44,480 nt of DNA, taken from contig NC_068982.1 of assembly GCF_001194135.2 (NCBI RefSeq), positions 70,545,622-70,590,101 of the forward strand, in the 5' to 3' direction. This document shows positions 23,196-35,744 of this stretch, one piece after another. The notes below the pieces were generated by a model. That model searched no databases. It had not been told where the DNA came from and worked only from the letters and a program-made list of their open reading frames with translations. The number at the start of each line of letters is the position of its first letter. The first letter of the stretch is position 1. A program made the position numbers and the translations under genes. The stretch is from Octopus bimaculoides. Lineage: Eukaryota.

Positions 23196-23671
23196 GCTTT
23201 TAACTTCGGTTTGTCGTATTTATGCGTTTTGCAAATACGTTTCACAGATCATGTGGAAAATAAACGATTTTAACACCGTGTTTTTATTATTATCTTTTTT
23301 TCTTTTTTTTTTCAACCACCACACCTTATGAAAGCATGATAAAAGGCAGTACAAAACAATAACAATACAAAACAAAACAGAACAAAACAAGGGAGAAAAT
23401 CTGATAAATAATAATGGGCGAGGATTGCTTTATTGCTTGGATACCCGAGTCAAAATGTTCGACTGGAAAAGTCGTTCCAGTAGAAAGAAGTGTCGTGCAT
23501 TTGTTCGTATTACATTACATTTACTGTAACTACTGTTTGAATAAGATACACTTGATTACGCTTTCTGTCTAGCATGTAACACAAAATAAGGGAATGAATT
23601 CGGGGTGTGAAGTATCAAACTAAATAGTGAACGAAAACAGTGGAATAGCGGAATAAATAAATAAATAAATA

Positions 23672-23880
23672 AATCCTTTCTACTAAAGGCACAAGGCCTG
23701 GAATTTTGGGGGAGGGGACTAGTCAATGACATCGACCCCAGTGTTTCTCTGGTACTTAATTTATTGACCTTGAAAGGATGAAAGGCAAAGTCGGAATTTG
23801 AACTCAGAACGTAGCGACAGATAAAATACCGCTAAGCATTTCGCCCGGCGTGCCAACGATTCTGCCAGCTCGCCGCCTTA
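23672..23880 (-). mobile_element. Full-length young SINE family A
   Basis: Complete head (rc GGCGGCGAGCTGGCAGAATCGTTGGCACGCCGGGCG...GAGTTCAAATTCC), body and tail. Confidence 0.93.
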
Positions 23881-23885
23881 ATGCC

Positions 23886-23943
<58 letters not shown>

Positions 23944-23945
<2 letters not shown>

Positions 23946-24502
23946 GCCCGGATGCAGTACCGGATAGTGGTTCTCATGGTTTTTGATCTTAACTGATTGG
24001 AAGTGTTATCATGTACATCGTTTTATCTTGGTATAAAAGATGGACTACAGCAAATATTCTGCTTAATACCACAGATTTGCTTGTCAGTTGTTTGACCTTA
24101 ACCAGTTGAGCATGTCCCTTGGTAGCTGACAATATGTGCATCTCTGATCATGAGCAGAAGTAGTGGGGGAGCATCATAGCCATGTGTTGAGAGGAATTCT
24201 TTGGGGGTTGAATAATTCACCTTTGGAAACATGGGTGTTTTGCTCAACATCCTTAAACAAACCTTATTCAGAGACCTTTTGAGCAAGATGGGCTACTCGA
24301 CCTGAAGAAAATTCTAACTGGGCCCCACCTGCGAGGTCATGCGCTGTTTATCTTGATATGAGATCACCATGTCGCGCACATATGGTTGTGATACATGTGC
24401 CTGGTGTACCCTTATCAGACGGGTAGTCATGATGGGTATAATGGGCTTCGTATATTTTACCCCAGAGTTACTTTGATGGCATGCACTGCTCTCTCACTCA
24501 CT
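23944..24502 (+). mobile_element. ~560-bp non-coding element embedded in (TAA)n on both sides; probable 3' part of a TAA-targeting retroelement
   Basis: Non-repetitive block with sharp borders between (TAA)n 23888-23943 and (TAA)n 24502-24535. I recall it as a high-copy octopus repeat; orientation and the Dong link are inferred. Confidence 0.5.
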
Positions 24503-24659
24503 AATAATAATGATAATAATAATAATAATAATAATTTCCAAACTAAAAAACAAATAAAGACAATACAACCCAAGGGACAAGTGGGTTTTGGCATAATGTC
24601 AACAACAACAACAACAACAATAATGATAATAATAATAATAAATAACAGAAACAACAATA

Positions 24660-25442
24660 AAATTAAACAATAAAATTCCCCAAAGGGGTGGGGAGTTCTT
24701 CCCTGGGACAACCGAGGAACCCCACACATCCTGGTTACCCTGACCACCAGTGCATCTCAGCAGACGCCTCTATCCTTCTCAACTCTTCCAGTTTACAGGC
24801 AAATGTTCAGAGTAGGCCCATTCACACGGGCCATCCTCGCCACATTCATCCACCGTTCAGCAAAAATACTAGGGAGGCAGTACTTACCTATGCATCCTCG
24901 CTTTCCTTTTCAAGTGGAACTTGAAAAAGTCAATGGCAGCTTGATCGAAGAGGAAAATATCTGTCTTCAGTCCTTTCAATCTCGTCCACCACACTACCTC
25001 CTTCGCTATAGCCGCCAGACAGAAAAACTGCCTTTCCTTCCCAGCCAAAAGAAGGCGGCAGGGCGATCTTCACAATGGACTCGGTAGATAAGGTGATCCG
25101 TCCTACACGCGTCAACAGTTGTTCGAGAAAGCTTCACAAGTCAGTAATGCATGGACACTAGACGAGTGCATGCAGGACGGTTTCGTCGCCCTGTGCACAC
25201 CGGGAGAGCTGTCAGGCCAAGGATTTCTGGAAGTTATCCAAAGGCCTCGGCCCGAAAGTCCTCCGAAAAGACCAGATAATTGATCCCTCCCGACGCCCAG
25301 AGTTTCCAAAAGGACATCGTCGCTCTTGCTCACCACTAATCTCCTATAGATCTCCAATGTGGAACTTCCACCGACCGCATTGCCCGACTGACAGAAAGCT
25401 GTGAGCACTTGCCGACACTCCAGGTGCCAAGCACCCTATCTT
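24660..25442 (-). mobile_element. 5'-truncated L1/Tx1-clade LINE (C-terminal CCHC knuckle and 3' UTR)
   Basis: Minus translation gives DNFQKSLA..CAQGDETVLHALV*CP..FLEQLLTRVGRI..AIAKEVVWWTRLKG..FFKFHLKRK, followed by a (TTA/TTG)n tail. Confidence 0.8.
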
Positions 25443-25474
25443 AGTCTACGCTTGATAATAACAATAATAATAAT

Positions 25475-25858
25475 AATCCTTTCTACTATAGGCACAAGGC
25501 CGGGATTATGTGGTGAGGGGACAGTTGATCACAGCGATCCCAGTACTCAAATGGTACTTGATTTATTGACCCCGAAAGGATGAAAGGCAAAGTCGACCGG
25601 AATTTGAACTCAGAACGTAGCAGCAGACGAAATACAGCTAAACATTTCGCCCAGAATATAACAATAATAATGATAATCATTTCTATTATAGGCACAAGGC
25701 CTCAAATTTGGCAGGAGGGGACTAGTCGATTACATCGACCCCAGTGTTTTACTGGTACTCCGAAAGGATGAACGGTAAAGTCGACCTCGGCGGAATTTGA
25801 GCTCAGAACGTAGCAACAGACGAAATAGCGCTAAGCATTTCGCCCAGCTCGCTGCCTT
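25475..25858 (-). mobile_element. Two tandem SINE family A copies (25475-25655 and 25680-25858)
   Basis: Repeated AGGCACAAGGC..CGACCCCAG..GAAAGGATGAA.GGCAAAGTCGACC..GAATTTGA.CTCAGAACG separated by ATA-rich tails. Confidence 0.9.
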
Positions 25859-26732
25859 AAACAACAACAACAACAATAATAATAATAAATAAATAAATAA
25901 ATAAATGAATAAATAAATAAATAAATAAATAAGTAAATAAATAAATGTGACTATTTCTTTTTTGCTGAGGAAAAAAATCTCACCGGGAATAATTTAGAAT
26001 AATTCAACAATAATTATTATTTCAAGTCGTTTATTAACTATACATGACGACTTTATGCAACGATAACGTCATTTATATAATAGCAGTACATGTATGAAGG
26101 GGTAAAAATCACGTTTTAATCAAAAGCTTCAATAAAACATTGAAATAAACTAATACATAAAATCAACGTTAAAGCAACCATTAANNNNNNNNNNNNNNNN
26201 NNNNNNNNNNNNNNNNNNNNNNNNNNNNNNNNNNNNNNNNNNNNNNNNNNNNNNNNNNNNNNNNNNNNNNNNNNNNNNNNNNNNNNNNNNNNNNNNNNNN
26301 NNNNNNNNNNNNNNNNNNNNNNNNNNNNNNNNNNNNNNNNNNNNNNNTAGACTGACACAAGGCTGCGCATGGAGAGAGTATGGAAATGACTGTCCGAAGA
26401 GTTAAGAAGTAGAGTTAAGAAGTAAAGTTGAGATTTAAACTCAGAACATATTGTATCTCATTGCACGTTACAAAAAAAGAAACATTCGGAAGGTAAGGAA
26501 TGAATTACACTGTATAATCAATTGAACATTTAGAGTTAGTTGTACGGGTTAACCGCAAAAACGCAAATATCGTACAACATTTAATCTTTCGGTCTACGAC
26601 ACTTAATTTAAATTAAATTTAATAAATTAAAAGAAATGTATGTAAAATCATGTGATTTCTCGCCTCGAAGTATTTTTCAAAGATGCCAAAAGGTCACTTG
26701 CCTATTATTGATAGCCATTTTTTTAAAACAAA

Positions 26733-27063
26733 GGATTAGTAAATAAACTATTATACTCGTGAGCTAAGCGTAAGATTGTAGCTGAGAGGTGGACTTTCGA
26801 AATAGCTGTCACTAGCTAATGGAAAAGGGAAAAGGCAAGGAATTGGACAATTTTTCCCTACTATGAAATCACTTTCTGTCTAAAACAATTCATTTTTACA
26901 TATTCGCCCTCCAATTCCGTGCCCTTTTCCTGTAAGTTTTTACTAGTATTTTTCACCACGAGGTAGTGTTAGCTATTCTGAAAGTCAACAAATCAACTAT
27001 TACAGCAAATAAACTACTGCACCCGTTTCACGAGTGTAATACGAATAGTTTATTTAATGATCC
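26733..27063. mobile_element. Foldback/MITE-like element with long imperfect inverted arms
   Basis: TAAATAAACTATT.ATACTCGTGA recurs inverted at ~27028-27058; internal IR pairs are AATAGCT/AGCTATT and GGAAAAGG..GGAATTGGA/TCCAATTCC..CCTTTTCC. Confidence 0.7.
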
Positions 27064-27094
27064 GTCAGAAAATGAAATAAAAATTGTCGATAAT

Positions 27095-27300
27095 AGGAGG
27101 TAGCAAGCTGACGGAAGCGTTAGAGCGTCGGGCAAAATGCTTAGCAACATTTCTTCCGGTTTTTTTACATTCTGAGTTCAAATTCTCTTAAAGTCGACTT
27201 TGCCTTTCATCTTTACGAAGTCGATAAAATAAATACCAGATGAGCAGTGGAGACGATGAAATCGACTTATCTTGTCCCCTAAAATTGAAATTTGAAACCA
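27095..27300 (+). mobile_element. SINE family A
   Basis: A/B boxes and GTCGACTTTGCCTTTCATC body. Confidence 0.88.
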
Positions 27301-27439
27301 CTACTACTTTCATCATTGTTGTTGTTATTGTTTAGAGTCGGATCAGCCTTAAGCAAGCAGACGGAAGGCACATAAATAATCGTGTGAACGATAAACTGCA
27401 ATCCATAAATCAATTCATACCTTAACTCTACTAACCCAA

Positions 27440-29115
27440 GGATCACACTGCATTTTTCGATAGGCAGCAGTTCATTATTATTGCACAGTGTGACAATGTA
27501 GACACGTTATGTTTTCTTCATTGCTAAGTGTATCCCTGTACATCTGCAGAAATTGGCAGTGGTTACAACTGAGGCAGTCAAGGCGTTTTCCGTCAAAGCA
27601 CAATAGTTGCTTTTCATCTTCTGCCTACGGCGCTGGTGAGAGTTTTAAAATTCTGCTGGTATTTTTGTGCTTGTTATGTTTATCTAGACTGTGTGGGAAG
27701 GCCGATATCCTTAGACTGGTGCTGTAATAGTATTAGAGTGGGGGTAGTTGTGTATTGGATTATTGCACATGTTATGACAGAGACTGTGAGAGTTGCAAAT
27801 TCATGAAGTTGTGTCTCTCCCATGTCCAGCTATTTTTATTTCATTTGTAATATTTTTTTTCTGTTGTACAGGTGGTCATTGTGTGTGTTCAATATGCAGC
27901 CTGTTATGATACGAGATGCACTGTTCTGTGTATCGAGTAGTTTATTGCTATTTGAAAGGATATTTGTGGCCCAGGCAAGACCCGTATAATTTGTGCAGCA
28001 GCTAATGTATTATTCGTACTCTGGTATTGCCGTTTCGTTCTGTTGGCCAAATGTTGTCTCTGTGGCTGCTCTATGTATGTGTTATGAGTTGTTTTGCTTC
28101 CTTTACTGATATTCTTCTATGGGAGTTGTGAAATTTGTGGAGGTATTATATGTATTTCCTAGCATATTAGTCTTTTGTGTATGTGTGTGTATGTATGTAT
28201 GTGTGTGCAAACGTGTTTGTATGTGTGTGTTTGTGTGTAATCGTTGGATGTATTTGTGGTCCTTTGTTGTAACTGGGAAGAAACAAATAATGGTAAATTT
28301 GTTTAGAACTAATTTCAGCTTATTGTTTTGGATCCTTGTCTCTAAAGGATTCATGCTGGAATTTTTTAAAAAGTTATGCAGCTGTGTGAAATGAATGAAA
28401 GAAGAACGTGACTGTAATGCTATCTGCGTGTATGAGGCTTTACGAACGTTTTTTGTTGTTGCTTGGGGAGTTTTGGTATAAATAAGAGCGGAGAGGAGGA
28501 CAGTTTCTTTGTGGTACTCCGTTCTAAAACTGTGTATTTTACGCCCACGCTATGACAATTCTCTTACAACATACATACATACATACACAATGGAATATAT
28601 CAATAATAATAATCATTTCCATCATAGGCACAGGACCAGCAGTTTCGGGGAAGAAGGTACGTCGATTACATCGACTCCAGTGTTCAACTAGTAAGGAAAG
28701 GAGGAAAGTCAAAGTAAACCTCGGCGGAATTTGAACTAAGAGCGTAACGACAGGCAAAATGCCACTAAGCAGTTTGACTGGCGTGCTAACGACTCTGCCA
28801 ACTCGCCGCCTTAATAACAACAGCAACAACAACATATTCTTTTAAAGTTGACTACTAAGCTGTTACTTCAAATTTCTTGCCGGACGACATTCATCAAATA
28901 GAGTACCAACCGAGAAGAATTGACATATTCCTCTATTAATACATCATTTGATGACTGCTGTCCGGAATGAAACTTTCATACATACATACATACATACATA
29001 CTTACATACATACATACACACATACACACATACATACATACATATTCATCTTTTACACAGAAATACACGCACATATTCATACATAAGCATCAATGCATAA
29101 CACATACAAACGAGG

Positions 29116-29163
<48 letters not shown>

Positions 29164-30320
29164 CACTCACACATGTCACTCACACACAAATATAAATTGA
29201 TGCATGTACTTATATGTGTATAGTTGTGTACAGGCTGTTATTTTGTGGTTGGAAATGAAGACAAAGTTGAAGTAAACTAGGAGGTAATACATAACGGAAC
29301 CGATAGAAGCATTTGGCCCGTTCTTTCAGTGATAGCTTTCTCTCGGCCCATTTCTGGCTACCCTACTCGTCACTCTGAGATTGGCTACTCTGCTCATCCA
29401 GTTCTTCTCCACCTGGAGATCCGGATCATTAATGCCCATGGGCGAGAAAAAGCGTAGAGTAAAGATTAGATTTTTCTCATTGTATTTACGGGTGAAGGTT
29501 GAACTGTGTCTTCACACGGAGACATGATTGAAGAAATAACTTGGCGAACTGAAAGATTTAGAGACAGGTTTGTCTATTGTTTGTATGTTATTACCGTCAC
29601 GATAGTACATGCGGAAAGAGTCCCCTAAAGGGTGTTCGATTTAACCAATACAAAGGAAATTACAGAATTTACACTTGATATGTAATGTAATGTAGGTGAA
29701 GGTGCTATTAAACTGGGCGATGACGTGGAATTAAGATTTGGGACCAGTTATGAACGGGCTGTTGAAGATACATTTGGTTTGTACAGAAGTACTGAGTGTG
29801 CTGAAGATGAGGTCAGTAACGGTGGAAGAGAGTGCAGAAGGAAAGGTTAGTGCCTTAAAAATACAGGAAATAATTTCCGTGTTCGCTAGTGAGCCATTTT
29901 TTAGTCGAAAGATTAGAACCTTATATTGGTGAGCTGTTCATGAACTTCCCGGTAAACTTTCGTCGGGCGAGTGTTTTGGGATTAAATACTATTTGTGAAG
30001 GTTCGAGTCACACAATGGCCATCAACAGAGACATGGTTGAATGAATTAAAAGGATACAAGTTCTTAAATAGAGAGCAGTTGGTTGGGATTTGCATTATTG
30101 TTGAAAAGATATTGTTTGGGTTGTGCTGTTTAGCCCTGCGCTGACCCTAATCAGGAAGGCCTATATGATCAAAAGTATTCTAATCATAACCGTCAGATTT
30201 TTTTCCCTCGAGGATAGTGTACCCAAGAGTATATTATCCATTGTTCTATGTCTTTTTACAAGACGTGTGAGGTATGCTTTGAAGGAGATTTTGGAAGCTA
30301 TTTTCTTGCAGTTTTAACAA
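27440..30320 (-). mobile_element. Decayed Ingi/Vingi-like (I-group) LINE, interrupted by a SINE and microsatellites
   Basis: Minus strand reads KALT..HRPV (29.7-29.9 kb, weak), NGVPQ (~28510), HADSITVT (28419), NKLLDTQNSASRIITGCILNTHNDHLY (~27870-27960) and C-terminal NHCQFLQMY..TCLHCHTVQ (~27490-27570). Confidence 0.7.
28615..28812 (-). mobile_element. SINE family A inserted in the Ingi-like LINE
   Basis: Full head and body on the reverse strand. Confidence 0.9.
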
Positions 30321-30502
30321 CCATGTAGAGGCTTTTGCGTTGTGAGAACAGCGTCAATAGTTGATTGGTGCAAGCAAGAAAGGGAGGCGGGGATATATCC
30401 ATGTGTATGCTTGTGTGTATGTGTGTATGTATGTGTTGTGTGTGTGTATGTGTGTGTGTATGTGTGTGTGATAAATAGGGGAGGAAGGGAAGNNNNNNNN
30501 NN

Positions 30503-30562
<60 letters not shown>

Positions 30563-31059
30563 ATTGACATACAGCCGAGATTTTAGCAGCCCATATATCT
30601 GGGTAATAAGAAACGGTTGACATTTCTACACACAGACATACACACACATGTACAAAGACACACATCCACACATGTTGTTTACGGACTTACATTGACATAC
30701 ACACAAGCTCAGGAGAATTAGATGAAAATGCATCCATTTTACAATTCAATTTTAAAAAATTGTTAATGTCGTTTTAACTGGTGTCGGCGTTTATTCTGTT
30801 GTTTTTGCTGCTGTAGATGGTAATGATGATGACGATGATACTTGATAACAGTGGAAGTGTCTAAAGGAAGCGTTAGGGTGTAGTGTTGCGTCCATTGTGT
30901 ATGTATGTGTGTGTGATTCCGCCGCCTTGTTTTTCCGTATGTTCTTTTGTCGTTCCCCTGACTCACATCTTTATTATCAAAAATATTACCAACCTATGGA
31001 CTGCCAAGCCTATAGGTAAATCTAGCGCTGCGTATAGTTAATATAAACACTATTTAAAT

Positions 31060-31408
31060 CAGTGTTTCTCTACAAGGTTTATACAGCCCCAGTGGGGTCC
31101 ATATAAGATTTCTGGGAGTCCACGCAAGCAAAATAATAAATTGGGGATTCACAGTAGTAGTATTTTAAGGGTTCATGAAAAATTTTTGCGTCTGAAGTAT
31201 TTATGGCAAGAATCAACTAGGTTTCTTTCTCAAGCGTTTTACATAGTTCAGTCTATACAAGTGAATGTGTGAAAAACAAAATAGGAATTTTGAAAGAAGT
31301 ATCAGTAAAACTAGTTTTTAAACATTGAATAGCTCTGAGAATCCACCAGAGTAAAATAATAGTCAAAAGGGTTTGTAGGTGAAAAAAAAAACTGGTTGAA
31401 AACCACTG
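31060..31408. mobile_element. hAT-type MITE, 349 bp
   Basis: Ends CAGTGTTTCTC... and ...GGTTGAAAACCACTG; 8-bp flanks ATTTAAAT and ATTTACAG (6/8). Confidence 0.7.
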
Positions 31409-31420
31409 ATTTACAGTGTG

Positions 31421-31666
31421 GAGGGGATGTAAACGCACCAACACTGGCTGTCAAGCGGTGGCGGTGGAGGAACAAACACAGATACAAAGACACACACACA
31501 CGCACACGACGGGCTTCTTTCAGTTTCCGTCTACCAAATCCACTCACAAGGCTTTGTTCGGCTCGAGGCTATAGTAGAAGACATTTGTCCAAGGTGTCAC
31601 GCAGTGGGACTGAACTCGGAATCATGTGGTTGGAAAGGAAGCTTTTTGCCATACAGTCACGCCTGC
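31421..31666 (-). mobile_element. SINE family B
   Basis: GACGGGCTTCTTTCAGTTTCCGTCTACCAAATCCACTCACAAGGC...GCAGTGGGACTGAACTCGGAATCATGTGG. Confidence 0.9.
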
Positions 31667-31934
31667 GGAGAATCTTTTAATGTTTTGTAACGAATCTCGC
31701 TTAGCTCACTTTTATCTAATATGTTACGTTGTTTATATTTTGTACCGAAAGCCAAGGAGAGTTTCAAAACATACCATTACAGCACGATTATCTAAGATTG
31801 CATTAAGCTCGTCAATCTCTATAGAGCATAGGCCATCGTCGATTGTTCTCTGCTGTTCTCGACTCGGGACTCTCTTTACTGTTCCTCTCCTGCTGGATCC
31901 CTGCTTCCTTGCGGTTTTCTTTCAGATTTTGCTG

Positions 31935-32420
31935 TATCTACTAGTAGTAGTAGTAGTAGTAGTAGTAGCAGCAGCAGTATTAGTCGTAATAGTACCAGCA
32001 GCAGTAATATTAGTAGTATTAGTAGTGGTGGTGGTTGTGGAGGTGGTAGTAGTGGTGGTGGTTGTGGTAGAGGTCAGAGTGGTGATGGTTGTGGTAGAGG
32101 TCAGAGTGGTGATGGTAGTAGTAGTAATGGTTGTCGTAACAGAAGCCATAGAGCTAATACTGTTGTTGTCGTTGCTGCTGTTTCTGATAATAATAACGGT
32201 GTTAGTCTTGCTTTTCTTTTTTGTTGTTGTTGTTGGTGGTGGCGTTGTCATCGTCGCCGTCGTTCTCATCGTTGTTGTTTCGGCAATGGTAGCGCGCGGG
32301 GTGGGAAGCGGAAGCGGCTGCAGTTCAGGTCATGAATTCCATCACTACTTTTGAAGTTATCGACACCAAACTACCACTACTGCTGCTGCTACTGCTGCTA
32401 CTGCTGCTGCTGTTGTTAAT
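31935..32420. repeat. Trinucleotide low-complexity tract (GTA/GCA/GTG/GTT) with a 27-nt tandem duplication
   Basis: Direct reading; explains the 242-aa Val-rich and 115-aa Thr-rich ORFs. Confidence 0.9.
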
Positions 32421-33750
32421 TTGCTTTAGTTGCTATCGCTATTGTCATTATCATGACCATTCTCACGTTGGTTGTAGTTATTGTAGCCTTTATTGATCCC
32501 GCTTCGTTCTACGCCATTGTCTTATCCTCTTCATTAATATCATTACTGCACTTTACATTTGACATTCTCCGAATCCTCAGGAGAAGTTGCGCTTATTCTT
32601 TACTCGCATTCAATAAATTAATTCGTTCAACACTTTNNNNNNNNNNNNNNNNNNNNNNNNNNNNNNNNNNNNNNNNNNNNNNNNNNNNNNNNNNNNNNNN
32701 NNNNNNNNNNNNNNNNNNNNNNNNNNNNNNNNNNNNNNNNNNNNNNNNNNNNNNNNNNNNNNNNNNNNNNNNNNNNNNNNNNNNNNNNNNNNNNNNNNNN
32801 NNNNNNNNNNNNNNNNNNNNNNNNNNNNNNNNNNNNNNNNNNNNNNNNNNNNNNNNNNNNNNNNNNNNNNNNNNNNNNNNNNNNNNNNNNNNNNNNNNNN
32901 NNNNNNNNNNNNNNNNNNNNNNNNNNNNNNNNNNNNNNNNNNNNNNNNNNNNNNNNNNNNNNNNNNNNNNNNNNNNNNNNNNNNNNNNNNNNNNNNNNNN
33001 NNNNNNNNNNNNNNNNNNNNNNNNNNNNNNNNNNNNNNNNNNNNNNNNNNNNNNNNNNNNNNNNNNNNNNNNNNNNNNNNNNNNNNNNNNNNNNNNNNNN
33101 NNNNNNNNNNNNNNNNNNNNNNNNNNNNNNNNNNNNNNNNNNNNNNNNNNNNNNNNNNNNNNNNNNNNNNNNNNNNNNNNNNNNNNNNNNNNNNNNNNNN
33201 NNNNNNNNNNNNNNNNNNNNNNNNNNNNNNNNNNNNNNNNNNNNNNNNNNNNNNNNNNNNNNNNNNNNNNNNNNNNNNNNNNNNNNNNNNNNNNNNNNNN
33301 NNNNNNNNNNNNNNNNNNNNNNNNNNNNNNNNNNNNNNNNNNNNNNNNNNNNNNNNNNNNNNNNNNNNNNNNNNNNNNNNNNNNNNNNNNNNNNNNNNNN
33401 NNNNNNNNNNNNNNNNNNNNNNNNNNNNNNNNNNNTACTTTTGAATCAGAACTTGAGTAGATTGTTATCGAAGATTAACCAGACCAGGAATGACAGCTAT
33501 ACCCTAATGATCCTTTAATGCCTCTTTTGAGAGGGTGGTTGGTGATTAAACAGTCCATAGATATCATGACGTCTACGCGGTGGAAAAGAAGTGAGCTTCT
33601 AACTCCTTGCTACAGAACAAAAGTTTGTGAGTTGACCGTTGATGAGAACAACTTGTCACAGTTGTGATTCTCAGTCTTTGGTGGTTCAACACTCTCTTTC
33701 ATGGAAAGGCGTTTTACAAACGCCCCCTCCTCAAGCTTTGAAGAGAGAGG

Positions 33751-33806
<56 letters not shown>

Positions 33807-33972
33807 ACAAGCAAATTATTTTAATTAAACGGAAACCAATTTTGAACAGTGGTTTATTATTTCTATTTTCTGATACTCCCCCATCTAGCTCGTGTCCGTT
33901 TTAGACATATGCAGGGACTAGCACCCCTATGTTATATTTTAATGTTAAATTTCTAAAGAAAGTCAGGACTTA

Positions 33973-34184
33973 CGAGTGATGCTGAAAAGTTCCTGGCTTT
34001 GGGTTAAAGACAATACAAGAGGATCAGTTAATTATGATTTTATTCAAGACATTCCCCTCTCAGATACACTTATTGCAGTGGTCCTTCTGTTTTTCTACGC
34101 CCTGTAAAAGAATTCAGAAGGTTAGGCCTCCAACCAGGCCTTTCGCGACACCCTTAAAGCCAACAACTTTTCAGCACCCCCTCA
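33973..34184. mobile_element. 212-bp mariner-type MITE
   Basis: TIR CGAGTGATGCTGAAAAGTTCCTGGCTTT versus (rc) TGAGGGGGTGCTGAAAAGTTGTTGGCTTT; TA TSD at 33971-72 and 34185-86. Confidence 0.85.
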
Positions 34185-34452
34185 TATATAATGAAATTAT
34201 ATTGGACCTTGGCGTATCATCCATATTTCTGGTCATTGACAACACAATATCTATTCATATCTGAACCCACATTTTTTTAATGTTTTTAAACTATGATATT
34301 GTACTTGTTTAAATAACTGGTTTCTAACATTAATAAATGCACAAACATGATAGAAGATGAAGGGGAAATAACGCTGCAACACAAAAATACAGCATAATAA
34401 ACATGCTTCGCAACAACAAAAACAACAGTGTGCAAGCGCATATCGATTAGGG

Positions 34453-34736
34453 CAGGGGTTTTCAAACTGTGGTCCGCGGACCACAGGGGGTCCGCAAGGA
34501 CAAAACAGGGGGTCCGTGGACAGCAAATACTTTTTATGGGCAATTTGATTTTATATATGTTTTTTTAATCGAAATCTTTTAATTGACAATACACCTATTT
34601 GTTAAATACTGTTAAATAAATAAATGTAAAAATATGTTATTTTAAGCAAATATTTATGTATAAATTTCATAAGCGTTTATAAGGTAAAGCCTGAGATATA
34701 AAGGGGTCCGCAAGTCAAAAAGTTTGAAAAACCCTG
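34453..34736. mobile_element. 284-bp hAT MITE with perfect 8-bp TSD
   Basis: TIR CAGGGGTTTTCAAACT / AGTTTGAAAAACCCTG (15/16); TSD GATTAGGG at 34445-52 and 34737-44; subterminal GGGGTCCG repeats. Confidence 0.95.
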
Positions 34737-34839
34737 GATTAGGGTATAAACATGCATAGCAAACAGCTGTCCTTTGAAAACGGTGTATTTTTTTCAAAAA
34801 CCAAAACACTTAATATAGAACATCTTAATGAAAGATTGA

Positions 34840-35400
34840 AAGTCTGACTATATTTTGTTCGTAGGACTGTCGACAATTTTCCATAATCAACTGTAATAAG
34901 AGAAAAGTAACTTGGCTCTGCTTTGCCAAGAACACAGTAAACTTTCTTGTCTCATCCAAACAAGAGCTGAAGATAGCTTTGACAGATATTTTAAGTAAAA
35001 TATCCTTTACTGGGAGATGGAGGACATGTTTGTTACCTTTAAACAGAGAGTGAGAGGAAGTGCAAACGAAAACAGCACACAACACACCTACACATAAGAT
35101 GGTCTCACAGTATTTAAGAAAGGGGAACACATGAGTCACAGTCAGGGACATCAGCAATGATATCGGCTTCTGGCTAATAGTTCGTTCCGAACACAATATG
35201 AGTTGATAGTCAGTGCAGATGTAAGATTTGATAATACACGGACTTGTATGTTCACGGTAGTATCACAAGTCGTCATGACTTTGCAAGACCAGAAAATAAC
35301 CTCTGAAATATTTCCAGTAGAAAGTTCTGAGAGGAAGGCCTTGAATTTCAGCATCCAAAGTAGACAACTCAGGTATTAGATGGGTGGTAGCAAGATCTGT
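34840..35400 (+). mobile_element. Possible very old RTE-like LINE relic
   Basis: DYI(L)VRR-like at ~34844, TVFKKG at ~35110 and SQC..CMFTV at ~35210-35260; spacing is shorter than expected. Confidence 0.3.
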
Positions 35401-35744
35401 CTAAAAACTGTCTGCACAGAAAATCTAAAAGAATAAAAACAACAGCAAATCATAGAGATTGTGGGTTCTAAGGTGACAATAACCACAACTCATGAATCTA
35501 TAAATGAAATTGCCCAGTCTCATTACTAGAAGCGAGCAATGAGAACCATAATCTCTTCCCTCAGACACAACTGACGAAGGCAAAGAGACTTCATCCATTC
35601 ATCACCACCACCAACAACAGCTTGTACTAAACGACCAGAAAGTACCCTTTCATAGCAGTATCACCTTATATACTGGTGACCATTTACGAAGATGGAGGCT
35701 GATAAAGATAACAAAGAAAATTCAGGGAAAAGGAAATACTTTGC

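Noticed and set aside
31626-32354. 242-aa Val/Leu-rich ORF resembling a membrane protein
   Set aside because: It is produced by GTA/GTG/GTT repeats; several frames are open here and its start lies inside a SINE.
33690-33740. Hairpin GGCGTTT-TAC-AAACGCC near CTTGAGGA..GAAA on the minus strand, and the 66-aa ORF
   Set aside because: Core spacing and stems I/III do not fit a hammerhead; the ORF begins in (CT)n and has no recognisable homology.
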